A stretch of DNA of 64,000 nt, taken from the NCBI GenBank assembly GCA_016935525.1, contig JAFGQU010000007.1, positions 9,057-73,056 of the forward strand, in the 5' to 3' direction. Below, one piece after another: positions 29,750 to 38,924 of this stretch; within the stretch, counting starts at the first letter, position 1; every line of letters begins with the position of its first letter. The notes below the pieces were generated by a model that was not told the DNA's origin, searched no databases, and worked only from the letters and a program-made list of their open reading frames with translations. The stretch comes from Candidatus Omnitrophota bacterium. Its GTDB lineage: Bacteria > Omnitrophota > Gorgyraeia > Duberdicusellales > 4484-171. The position numbers were made by a program, and so were the translations under genes.

Positions 29750-30808
29750 ATGATGAAAGAATTCAGGAAAAACAGATTGGCAGTATTATGTTTGTTGGTG
29801 TTACTTTCGTTGTACGGGCTGGCGCTTTTTGCCGACTTTTTTTCTCCTTACGCTTACGATGAAGAAGATGTCGAGCATCTTTGGTCGCCGCCGGCAAAGA
29901 TACACCTTATTGACCGGGAACATAATATCTTTTTAAAACCGTTTATCTACAAAGACTCTTTTACTATCGATGAATATTACCGGCGCATTTACCGCGAAGA
30001 CCGTACTCAGGCGGTCCCTATACGATTTTTTGTGCGGGGTTTTTCTTATAAACTGCTGGGACTGTTCAAAAGCGATATCCATCTTTTCGGAGTCGCAGAC
30101 AGCAGTAAAATATTCATTCTGGGGGCCGATAGTAAAGGGAGAGACCTGTTTACCCGGATCCTGTACGGCGCGCGGATATCGCTGTCTATCGGTTTGATCG
30201 GAGTGCTGATATCGTATGGTATCGGATTGCTTCTCGGCGGGATCGCCGGATATTACGGCGGCCGGGTAGATATGATCCTGATGCGGCTGGTCGAAATGAT
30301 CATGCTTGTCCCGGGATTTTATCTGATGCTGGCTCTCAGGTCTTCGTTCCCGCCGAATTTAAGTTCTACTCAGGTGTATGTGTTACTTATCGTGATCCTT
30401 TCTTTTATCGGGTGGGCATCGATTGCCCGGGTGATCCGGGGGATGGCCTTGTCGTTACGGGAAAACGAATTTGTCTATGCAGCTAAGTCATTGGGGTTAA
30501 GAGATTTACAAATAATAGTCCGCCATATAATCCCTCATACGTTTTCTTATGCGATTGTCACGATCGTGTTGAGTATCCCCGGATATATTCTGGGAGAGGC
30601 GGCGTTAAGTATGATCGGGTTGGGTATTCAGGAACCTCAGGCCAGTTGGGGGAATTTGTTGTCAAGTGCAATGGGAATAGTAAATATCAAACTTTTTCCC
30701 TGGATCCTTACTCCGGGATTGTTTATTATTGCGGCTTCGATGTGCTTTTATGTGTTAGGCGAAACGTTACGCGATATCATCGATCCGAAGAGGAAAATAT
30801 CGTTATGA
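29750..30808 (+). CDS. peptide ABC transporter permease (OppC/DppC-like)
   Basis: LGADSKGRDLFTRILYGARISL, EFVYAAKSLG, SWGNLL. Confidence 0.9.
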   Translation: MMKEFRKNRLAVLCLLVLLSLYGLALFADFFSPYAYDEEDVEHLWSPPAKIHLIDREHNIFLKPFIYKDSFTIDEYYRRIYREDRTQAVPIRFFVRGFSYKLLGLFKSDIHLFGVADSSKIFILGADSKGRDLFTRILYGARISLSIGLIGVLISYGIGLLLGGIAGYYGGRVDMILMRLVEMIMLVPGFYLMLALRSSFPPNLSSTQVYVLLIVILSFIGWASIARVIRGMALSLRENEFVYAAKSLGLRDLQIIVRHIIPHTFSYAIVTIVLSIPGYILGEAALSMIGLGIQEPQASWGNLLSSAMGIVNIKLFPWILTPGLFIIAASMCFYVLGETLRDIIDPKRKISL

Positions 30809-30819
30809 ATGGAGTGTAT

Positions 30820-30922
30820 GGTTCGCGCGTTCGCCCGTACTCCCGTTACTTCACCCGCGGTGAAGTCTCCCGTTTTCTATTTTTTAACGGGCAGAACGGG
30901 CAAACGGGATAACGGGTGAACC
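30820..30922. repeat. inverted repeat array, CCCGT/ACGGG family, copy 2
   Basis: ggttcgcgcgttcgcccgtactcccgtt...aacgggcagaacgggcaaacgggataacgggtgaacc. Confidence 0.75.
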
Positions 30923-30941
30923 CGATTATATATTGAAAAAT

Positions 30942-31739
30942 ATGAGTGATATTATTACTTTTAAAAATCTTGGAATACGTTATCGCGATGGGCATAAAGC
31001 TCTTCTGGCTCTGGATAACGTGACTTTTTCCGTCAAAGAAAAAGAGATTTTCGGTATCGTCGGTGAGTCGGGTTCGGGGAAGAGTACTCTTGCGTTTGCT
31101 TTGTTGGGGCTTTTGCCGGAAAATGCCGTAGGTGCCGGGCAGATATTTTTTGAGGAAAAAGATATTTTTTCGTTACCGGAAAGCCGCATGAGGGAGATCC
31201 GCGGGAGGCAATTAGGCGTGATCTTTCAGGAACCGGCGTCATCGTTTAATCCCGTATTAAGTATCGGTTATCAGTTCCGGGAACTGCTTATCCATAAGAT
31301 GCAGGTACAAGATGCCGCGCAACGCCGCGAAATCATGTTGTCCTATCTTAAAGAAGTCGGGCTTAAAGACCCTCTGCGTATTCTGGACAGTTATCCTCAT
31401 CAATTAAGCGGAGGCCAGCTCCAGAGGGTGGCCATTGCCTATGCTCTTTCTTTAAAGCCGAAAGTATTGATTGCCGATGAGCCGACTTCTTCGCTTGATG
31501 TGACCGTAGAGAGCCAGATCATCAACCTGTTTTCTTATCTGCGCGATAAATTCAATGTCACGATTATTTTTATTACCCATAATCTTGACCTGGTGGGTGT
31601 GCTTTGCGACCGGGTCGCGGTGCTTTATAAGGGGCAGTTACGTGAGATCCAGGAGCCGGCCGCGCTTTTCGCTGCCCCGAAAGACCCTTATACCCAAGAA
31701 TTGATACACACGTTTTCTCAATTGACCCAAAATGAGTAA
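30942..31739 (+). CDS. peptide ABC transporter ATP-binding protein (OppD-like)
   Basis: GESGSGKST, YPHQLSGGQ, ADEPT. Confidence 0.92.
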   Translation: MSDIITFKNLGIRYRDGHKALLALDNVTFSVKEKEIFGIVGESGSGKSTLAFALLGLLPENAVGAGQIFFEEKDIFSLPESRMREIRGRQLGVIFQEPASSFNPVLSIGYQFRELLIHKMQVQDAAQRREIMLSYLKEVGLKDPLRILDSYPHQLSGGQLQRVAIAYALSLKPKVLIADEPTSSLDVTVESQIINLFSYLRDKFNVTIIFITHNLDLVGVLCDRVAVLYKGQLREIQEPAALFAAPKDPYTQELIHTFSQLTQNE

Positions 31740-32643
31740 GTTGCTGGAAGTAAAAAACCTTAAAAAATATTTTTCTCACCATCATTGCCTGGTGAAAGCG
31801 TTGGATGAAGTATCTCTTGAGATTCCTCACGGAAAAACGACGGCATTGGTAGGCGAATCGGGATGCGGGAAGACCACGTTAGCAAAAACCATTCTCGGCT
31901 TTTACCGGGCTCAAGATGGGAGTGTTTTTCTGGAGGGTAAAAATATCACCGCGTGCCGTCGTCGGTTTCTCGCGCGGAATATCCAGATCGTGTTTCAAAA
32001 CCCTTATGTAAGCGTGGATCCCCGGTACACGGTGTATGCGACTCTTTATGAGGCGCTTACCGTGTTTAAGAAAGTATCTTCTCAAGAGGCAAAACCCGAA
32101 CTTGTAAATCTATTGGCCCAGGTCGATCTGTCGCCGGAAGTGTTTCACCGGTATCCTCATCAACTCAGCGGAGGACAGTTGCAACGGGTATGTATTGCCC
32201 GGAGCCTGATCAACCGGCCCAAGCTTATTATCCTCGATGAACCGACGTCGGCTCTGGATATTACGACTACCCTTAAGATCCTGACGCTCTTAAAACGGCT
32301 GCAGAAAGAGTTGGGGGTGAGTTATCTGTTCATCTCTCATAACCTGAAATTAGTACGGTTCATGAGTGATTATGTGTGGGTGATGTATTACGGGAAGATC
32401 GTCGAGTGGGGCTCTCAAAAAGAGCTCTTTGAGAATCCCCGGCATCCTTATACGCGTGTACTTCTGGATGCTGCCTATCAACGGCTGACCGAGACGGCAT
32501 CAGAGACGCTTGAGACCGACGGTTGTCGTTTTCGCGCCCGGTGCACAAGCCGCGATAAGCGTTGTCAGGCAGAACCCGATTGGCAGGAAATCTCTTCTGA
32601 GCATTTCGTACGTTGTCATCGTAGCGGGGATACGTATGTATAA
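31732..32643 (+). CDS. peptide ABC transporter ATP-binding protein (OppF-like)
   Basis: GESGCGKTT, YPHQLSGGQ, HPYT, C-terminal GCRFRARC...HFVRC. Confidence 0.92.
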   Translation: MSKLLEVKNLKKYFSHHHCLVKALDEVSLEIPHGKTTALVGESGCGKTTLAKTILGFYRAQDGSVFLEGKNITACRRRFLARNIQIVFQNPYVSVDPRYTVYATLYEALTVFKKVSSQEAKPELVNLLAQVDLSPEVFHRYPHQLSGGQLQRVCIARSLINRPKLIILDEPTSALDITTTLKILTLLKRLQKELGVSYLFISHNLKLVRFMSDYVWVMYYGKIVEWGSQKELFENPRHPYTRVLLDAAYQRLTETASETLETDGCRFRARCTSRDKRCQAEPDWQEISSEHFVRCHRSGDTYV

Positions 32644-32692
32644 CCCGCAAATCTGTATTATTCGGAAGTCATGTTTACAACTAAAACATTTC

Positions 32693-32923
32693 ACCACAGA
32701 GGACACTGAGATTACAGAGAGGAATTGAGAACATGTGCCTCTCTTTAAGAAAATCTGTAATTTTCAAATCGCTCAAAGAGCGTTTTGGTCCGGAACACGC
32801 AGTACGCATAAATAAAATTGAATATTTTATTTTACCGTCTGCGTGCTCCGGATCCTCCTGCGAGCATTATCTCGCAGGGTAATTACAGATTTTTACCTCC
32901 GTGCACTCTGTGCTCTCTGTGGT
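32693..32923. repeat. element with CACAGAG/CTCTGTG inverted arms enclosing a multi-hairpin junction, copy 2
   Basis: accacagaggacactgagattacagag ... ctccgtgcactctgtgctctctgtggt; inner stem aaaatctgtaatt/aattacagatttt plus 3 hairpins. Confidence 0.75.
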
Positions 32924-33065
32924 TAAAAACAGCCTATCTATTAGCCCATCTTCTACCTGGGGCATTAGACGATATGTTATTTTTTCCGTGTTTTTCATTG
33001 CTCAATGAGAATCGTTTACTGATAATTGATCATTTTTGTATAACAGCGGGACGCAGTAAAAAACT

Positions 33066-33094
33066 TTGACAGGCTTTTTCAAGTCTTATATAAT
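33066..33094 (+). promoter_or_regulatory. consensus sigma70 promoter of the lysS operon
   Basis: TTGACA-17-TATAAT. Confidence 0.75.
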
Positions 33095-33143
33095 CTTTAA
33101 AACCTATAAAATATATAAGAGACCTTAGTGAACCATCAAGATC

Positions 33144-34571
33144 ATGGAAAACCGTGAAAAACTAGACAAAATCAAGGCAGAATTCGGTAATCCGTTCGCC
33201 ATCAGAAGCTTTCTTAAACCGGAGGCGATCGGCGATGTGCTTGAACATTTTCAAGTCGATAAAGAGATCAGTGTTGCCGGAAGGATCATTACCAAACGCG
33301 AACATGGTAAATCGAGTTTTGCTCATATCAGTGATGTGAGCGGTAAGATCCAGATATTCGCTCAGTTGAACATGCTGGGGGAAGCCGGATACCGGTTGTT
33401 TAAAGAGTTGGATGTCGGCGATATTATCGGGATAAAAGGGAAATTGTTTATAACCCGTACCGAAGAGAAGACTGTCGCTGTCGGTGAACTTGTCCTGCTC
33501 TCCAAATGCCTGCGTAGTCTTCCGGAGAAATGGCATGGTCTGAAAGATACCGAAACCCGGTATCGTCAGCGTTACCTCGATTTGATTTCTTCGCAAAGCA
33601 CGCGGGACGTGTTTTTGAAACGGATCCGGATCATCGATCATATCCGGGATTTTTTCCGCAAAGAAAGGTATTGTGAAGTAGAGACTCCGATGTTGCAATT
33701 GCTTCCCGGCGGCGCGGCCGGTTCGCCGTTTGCGACTCAATATCACGCCTTAGGCCAGGAAGTATATTTACGTATCGCTCCCGAACTGTATTTAAAACGC
33801 CTGCTGGTCGGCGGGTTTGACCGGGTGTTTGAGATCAACCGTAATTTTCGTAACGAAGGTATTTCGACCCGGCATTCTCCGGAATTTACGATGCTTGAGG
33901 CATACGCGACGTATCAGGATTATCAATATATGATGAAGTTGTGTGAAGATATGATCTCATCTTTAGTGAAAAAAATATACGGAAAATATGAGATCGAATA
34001 TCAGGGCCAGCCTATTGATTTTACTCCGCCCTGGGAGAGGATCTCTTTTATCGGGCTTTTCGAAAAAGAGTTCGCGGTGAGTTCAAAAGATTCGGCCGAG
34101 AGTGTGCTTGAAAAGGTGAAAGCGAAACTGGACCTTTCCGATACGCGGTTGTCCCGTACTCAGGTCCTCAATATTACCGAAGAACTTATAGAAAAGAATT
34201 ATCCTAAAGGTAAACCCGCGTTTGTAATCGATTTCTTTTCCTGGATGTCCCCGCTGGCTAAAACGAAAAGCGATGACCCTTGTGTCGCCGAACGGTTCGA
34301 GTTGTTTGTCGCCGGGCTCGAACTTGCCAACAGTTATTCGGAATTAAACGATCCGATAGAACAGGAAGAGAAATTCCGGGCTCAGTTGAAAATAGAAGAA
34401 GAACTCCCGAAAAAGATCGATAATGATTTTCTCCTTAGTCTTCAATACGGGATGCCTCCGGCGGCCGGTTTAGGTATCGGTATCGACCGGTTGGTGATGA
34501 TCCTGCTTGATCAGCCTTCGATACGGGATGTGATCCTTTTCCCTCTCTTAAAGCCTTTACAGGAACAATGA
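33144..34571 (+). CDS. lysS: lysine--tRNA ligase (class II)
   Basis: RYRQRYLDL, YLRIAPELYLKRL, FRNEG, GIGIDRLVM. Confidence 0.97.
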   Translation: MENREKLDKIKAEFGNPFAIRSFLKPEAIGDVLEHFQVDKEISVAGRIITKREHGKSSFAHISDVSGKIQIFAQLNMLGEAGYRLFKELDVGDIIGIKGKLFITRTEEKTVAVGELVLLSKCLRSLPEKWHGLKDTETRYRQRYLDLISSQSTRDVFLKRIRIIDHIRDFFRKERYCEVETPMLQLLPGGAAGSPFATQYHALGQEVYLRIAPELYLKRLLVGGFDRVFEINRNFRNEGISTRHSPEFTMLEAYATYQDYQYMMKLCEDMISSLVKKIYGKYEIEYQGQPIDFTPPWERISFIGLFEKEFAVSSKDSAESVLEKVKAKLDLSDTRLSRTQVLNITEELIEKNYPKGKPAFVIDFFSWMSPLAKTKSDDPCVAERFELFVAGLELANSYSELNDPIEQEEKFRAQLKIEEELPKKIDNDFLLSLQYGMPPAAGLGIGIDRLVMILLDQPSIRDVILFPLLKPLQEQ

Positions 34572-35722
34572 AGATCACGTGGTTTTTGGCGTGGCGGTAT
34601 CTTTTCCGGCAAAGCGAGCGTCATATCTCCTTTATCAGTATCGCTTCGGTATTAGGGGTGACGTTGGGAGTCGCGACACTGGTAGTCGTGATCTCGGTCA
34701 TGAACGGGTTCGATCAGGATCTGGCCGGTAAATTGTTACAGTTTCATCATCATCTTATCGTCGAGACGAGTTATCCCTCACTTCTCGATGAAGCACAAGA
34801 AAAGATCGAAGCGATACCGGAGGTGACCGGTGCCAGTATTTTTGTCCAGACACAGGTGTTCGGTGAATTCGGCGACTATATCGTACCGCTTCTGGTACGG
34901 GGGATCGATTTTTCCGATGTCCGGGAAAGAGAATTATTGAATTCTTTTATTAAAGAAGAGTTTTCTTCCGAAGGATTCTTTATCGGGGAAGAACTGAAAA
35001 ACAGGTTTGTGGTCGGTAATTCCCTTACTTTTTATCCGTTACGGAAAAAAATAAAGAGCGACGCTATCCCGATCCGGGGGACTTTTTCGGTAGGGATATA
35101 TGATATCGATAATAACTATCTTATCGGGAATATCGCCGAGGTGAAAGCACTGGGGCCTTATTACCTGCAATATCTGGGGGTACGCCTGAAAGACCCCTGG
35201 GAAGCCGAAGAGGTCAAAACACAGATCAATCGGTTGGGATTACCGCTTACGGTCAGTACCTGGATAGATACCAATCGGATGTTGTTCTCAGCCCTTAAAT
35301 TGGAAAAGATCACTATGTTCGTTATTTTAAGCCTGATTATTCTGGTAGCTACGTTCAGTATCTTTTCGCTGCTCATGGTAAAAGTAGTGGAGAAGACTAA
35401 AGAAATCGGCATTTTACGAGCGTTAGGGTTTACTTCCGGGGCTATCCGGAGGATATTTACGTTACAGGGGATAGTGCTGGGAGGAGTGGGGATGGTGAGC
35501 GGCCTGGGTGTGGGCGTAGGATTGTGTATATTGATCCGCGATTCTCACCTCGTGACGATTCCTAAAGAAATATATTTTATCGATTATTTACCGGTACATA
35601 TCGCCTATGGAGATATGATCCTGATCGGGGTGGTATGTATGGCGCTTTCGTTTGCCGCAAGTATTATCCCGGCGTTACGGGCCGGAAGGCTTGCGATTTG
35701 CCGGGCATTACGTTATGAATGA
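34568..35722 (+). CDS. lolC: lipoprotein-releasing ABC permease (LolC/E family)
   Basis: GVATLVVVISVMNGF, EKTKEIGILRALG, ALRYE. Confidence 0.85.
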   Translation: MKITWFLAWRYLFRQSERHISFISIASVLGVTLGVATLVVVISVMNGFDQDLAGKLLQFHHHLIVETSYPSLLDEAQEKIEAIPEVTGASIFVQTQVFGEFGDYIVPLLVRGIDFSDVRERELLNSFIKEEFSSEGFFIGEELKNRFVVGNSLTFYPLRKKIKSDAIPIRGTFSVGIYDIDNNYLIGNIAEVKALGPYYLQYLGVRLKDPWEAEEVKTQINRLGLPLTVSTWIDTNRMLFSALKLEKITMFVILSLIILVATFSIFSLLMVKVVEKTKEIGILRALGFTSGAIRRIFTLQGIVLGGVGMVSGLGVGVGLCILIRDSHLVTIPKEIYFIDYLPVHIAYGDMILIGVVCMALSFAASIIPALRAGRLAICRALRYE

Positions 35723-36404
35723 TCTGTTTGTCACTCAATCGGTCCGTAAACGGTATGTCAGCGGGAATGATCAGGTCCTCGCGATCGACGGGATCGATCT
35801 GGTGATCACGCAGGGAGAGTACGTGGCCGTTATCGGTCCTTCCGGTTCCGGTAAATCGACTCTGCTCCATATGCTTGGGGGGTTGGATATGCCTTCAGGT
35901 GGGGAGGTTCTTTATCGGGGTAAAGACATATACCGCTTATCCGATAAAGAACTCGCCCGTTGGCGGAACGAGACCGTGGGATTTGTCTTTCAATTCTATC
36001 ATCTTCTCGGGGAATTGACCGTGAGCGAAAACGTCTCATTACCGATGTTTTTACGGAATCGTGACAGAAAAAGCGCTTTAAAAAAAGGAATAGAACTGCT
36101 ACAATACTTAGGGATTCCCGAGAAAAAAGACAGTTTCCCCGCCCAGCTCAGCGGCGGACAGAAACAGAAAGTGGCGTTAGCCCGTGCACTCATAAACGAT
36201 CCCGATATCCTTTTTTGTGACGAACCCACAGGTAATTTAGATAAAGAATCTTCGACGAAAGTGATGTCGCTTTTACAGGAGTGGCATAACGTCAAGCATA
36301 GGACACTGGTGATGGTAACGCATAATGAATCACTTACCTCTGGGGCGGACCGGGTGCTTTATCTGCACGAAGGTAAAATAGAAACTGTAAGCTCAGGAAC
36401 CTAA
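35715..36404 (+). CDS. lolD: lipoprotein-releasing ABC ATPase
   Basis: GPSGSGKSTLLH, GFVFQFYHLL, LSGGQKQ, DEPTGNLD; follows lolC/E. Confidence 0.85.
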   Translation: MNDLFVTQSVRKRYVSGNDQVLAIDGIDLVITQGEYVAVIGPSGSGKSTLLHMLGGLDMPSGGEVLYRGKDIYRLSDKELARWRNETVGFVFQFYHLLGELTVSENVSLPMFLRNRDRKSALKKGIELLQYLGIPEKKDSFPAQLSGGQKQKVALARALINDPDILFCDEPTGNLDKESSTKVMSLLQEWHNVKHRTLVMVTHNESLTSGADRVLYLHEGKIETVSSGT

Positions 36405-36416
36405 AGGGGGATTACA

Positions 36417-37292
36417 ATGAAAGTATATGTGAACGGAAAACTCGTGGAACGCCGGGAAGCCAAAGTGTCGGTATTTGATCATGGTTTCTTATACGGAGAC
36501 GGGGTCTTCGAAGGTATCCGCGCGTATAACTGTCTGGTATTCAAACTGAAAGAACATATCGACCGTCTTTATGAGTCGGCGCACTCGATCATGCTGAATA
36601 CCCCGCTTACGAAAAAGCAGTTAGGTGATGCGATTATAAAGACGCTTAAGGCGAATAAATTAAAAGATGCCTATATCCGGGTCGTACTTTCCCGCGGGGA
36701 AGGAGATCTCGGCCTCGATCCCCGTAAATGTAAAGGGAACGAGACGGTGGTCATTATTACCGATAAGATCGCTCTTTATCCTAAAGAGTTATATGATAAA
36801 GGGATGGAGATCGTCAGCGTCCCGACAGTCAGAAACATCCCCGAGGCACTCAATCCTCAGGTCAAATCGCTGAACTATCTCAACAACATCTTAGCGAAGA
36901 TGGAAGCGATAAATGCGGGATGTCAGGAAGCGTTGATGCTTGATCATCTGGGGTATGTCGCTGAATGTACCGGTGACAATATCTTTGTGGTCAAACACGG
37001 GGAGCTGTATACCCCGCCGCAATGTATGGGGACATTACGGGGGATCACCCGGGACACTCTTTTGGTGCTTGCCCGTACATTGAAAATATCTACACATGAA
37101 CACGTGATCAGCCGTCATGAGCTCTATATCAGTGATGAATGCTTCCTGACCGGTACAGCCGCAGAGATCGTTCCGGTGGTGAAAGTCGACGGAAGAAAGA
37201 TCGGTGACGGTAAACCCGGTAAGCTGACTCAACGGCTTATGCGGGAATTTAAAAAATGCACCCAGAAAGAAGGAACCCGGTATAAATTGTAA
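36417..37292 (+). CDS. ilvE: branched-chain amino acid aminotransferase
   Basis: DHGFLYGDGVFEGIR, KSLNYLNN, GITR, TGTAAEI. Confidence 0.95.
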   Translation: MKVYVNGKLVERREAKVSVFDHGFLYGDGVFEGIRAYNCLVFKLKEHIDRLYESAHSIMLNTPLTKKQLGDAIIKTLKANKLKDAYIRVVLSRGEGDLGLDPRKCKGNETVVIITDKIALYPKELYDKGMEIVSVPTVRNIPEALNPQVKSLNYLNNILAKMEAINAGCQEALMLDHLGYVAECTGDNIFVVKHGELYTPPQCMGTLRGITRDTLLVLARTLKISTHEHVISRHELYISDECFLTGTAAEIVPVVKVDGRKIGDGKPGKLTQRLMREFKKCTQKEGTRYKL

Positions 37293-37293
37293 A

Positions 37294-37372
37294 GTCATGA
37301 GTCGTTCGTCGATAGTCGATAGTATTTAAAGAGGAGACCGAAACGAAATACTAACGACCAACGACTAAATAC
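37294..37372. repeat. inverted heptamer array, TAGTCG/CGACTA family
   Basis: gagtcgttcgtcgatagtcgatagtatt ... aatactaacgaccaacgactaaatacg. Confidence 0.75.
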
Positions 37373-37380
37373 GAGAGAGT

Positions 37381-37869
37381 ATGAATTGTGATATTTGTCA
37401 TAAAATAGTGGCGACCGTACATCTGACCGAGATCGTCAACGAAAAAGTGGTCGAATTGCATATCTGTCAGAAATGCGCGAAAGTAAAGACCGATGAATTG
37501 AAAAGTCAATTGAGCCTTTCTGACTTTTTAGGCGGGCTTGTCGATAAACCGGATACGAAAAAAACTGTTCCTACCGCGTGCCCTCTCTGCGGATTGACAT
37601 TCAACGAGTTCCGGGAGAAAGGCCGGTTAGGGTGCGGTGAATGTTACGGGGCGTTTAAAGACCAGATCTTGCCGCTGTTTCGTAAGATCCACGGTTCTAC
37701 CCAGCATGTCGGCAAGATCCCCGCGCATGTCGAGAAAAAGATTTTGATCGACCGGGAAAAAGAAGAACTGAAAAACCGGTTGGCCCGGGCGGTGAAACTC
37801 GAGGAGTACGAAGAAGCGGCCCGTATCCGGGATAAATTGAAACATATCCGGCAGAAAAGGAAAAGATAG
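37381..37869 (+). CDS. mcsA: protein-arginine kinase activator McsA
   Basis: four CxxC motifs and UVR domain EEYEEAARIRD. Confidence 0.92.
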   Translation: MNCDICHKIVATVHLTEIVNEKVVELHICQKCAKVKTDELKSQLSLSDFLGGLVDKPDTKKTVPTACPLCGLTFNEFREKGRLGCGECYGAFKDQILPLFRKIHGSTQHVGKIPAHVEKKILIDREKEELKNRLARAVKLEEYEEAARIRDKLKHIRQKRKR

Positions 37870-38924
37870 TGTTCGAACATCTCCTGCATAATTCGGAAAG
37901 TTGGCTTAATGCCAAAGGGCCTGACTCCAAAATCGTGATTTCTTCACGCTTGAGGCTTGCCCGTAACCTTAAAGGCAGCGTCTTTTCCAACCGTTGCCGG
38001 TTGCCTCAGAAATATGAAGTGCTGGATGAGGTAAATGCTGCCGCAGGGAAGATCGAACAGTTGCATTCGGCTCATTTCGTAAAGATGGAAGAGATATCTC
38101 AGTTGGACCGCCAGTTTTTGCTGGAGAGGCATCTGATCAGCCAGGAACATACCCTTGCTCCGAAAGGGAAAGGGCTGATCGTGAGCGATGACGAGAAGAT
38201 ATCGATGATGGTAAACGAGGAAGACCATATCCGTCTACAGGTATTGGCTTCGGGATTTGATCTTGACAATATCTGGCAGAAGATAACTGCGCTTGACGAT
38301 GAATTATCCCGCCGTCTCGAATATGCGTTTATGCCGGATCTGGGGTATCTTACCGCCTGTCCTACGAATCTGGGGACGGCGCTGAGAGCGTCGTGCATGT
38401 TGCATCTGCCGGCGTTGGTATTCACTAAAAAGATCAATAAGATCCTTGAACTTTTAACAAAACTTTCGTTTACTGCGCGAGGTTTGTTCGGAGAGGGGAC
38501 GCAGGCGCTGGGGAATTTTTTTCAGGTATCCAATCAGGTCACGTTAGGGCTTTCTGAACCAGAACTTATCGAGAACCTTTCGGGAATAGTGAACCAGGTG
38601 AAAGATCAGGAACAGATCGCTCGTCAAAACCTTTTGAAGAAATATAAATTTACGATAGAAGACAGCGTGTGGCGAGCAGTGGGTATTCTTAAACATGCGC
38701 GGTTAATGGCGACCAAAGAGGCGCTTGCGCATCTTTCCATGTTGTATTTAGGCGTTGATTTAGGTATAATTAAAAAAATCAAGCCGGAAACGATAAATAA
38801 TCTGTTTATTAATATACAACCGGCACATTTACAAAAGATCGAACAGAGAGTTTTACGTGAACAGGAACGGGATTATATCAGAGCGCATCTCATTAGAAAT
38901 AATTTAGGAGGGAAATATGTTTAA
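37869..38924 (+). CDS. mcsB: protein arginine kinase McsB
   Basis: [30 protein letters not shown]. Confidence 0.95.
   Translation: MFEHLLHNSESWLNAKGPDSKIVISSRLRLARNLKGSVFSNRCRLPQKYEVLDEVNAAAGKIEQLHSAHFVKMEEISQLDRQFLLERHLISQEHTLAPKGKGLIVSDDEKISMMVNEEDHIRLQVLASGFDLDNIWQKITALDDELSRRLEYAFMPDLGYLTACPTNLGTALRASCMLHLPALVFTKKINKILELLTKLSFTARGLFGEGTQALGNFFQVSNQVTLGLSEPELIENLSGIVNQVKDQEQIARQNLLKKYKFTIEDSVWRAVGILKHARLMATKEALAHLSMLYLGVDLGIIKKIKPETINNLFINIQPAHLQKIEQRVLREQERDYIRAHLIRNNLGGKYV

Noticed and set aside
37294-37372. CtsR operator upstream of mcsA
   Set aside because: Does not match the RGTCAAA-NAN-RGTCAAA direct repeat; belongs to the TAGTC array family also found at unrelated loci
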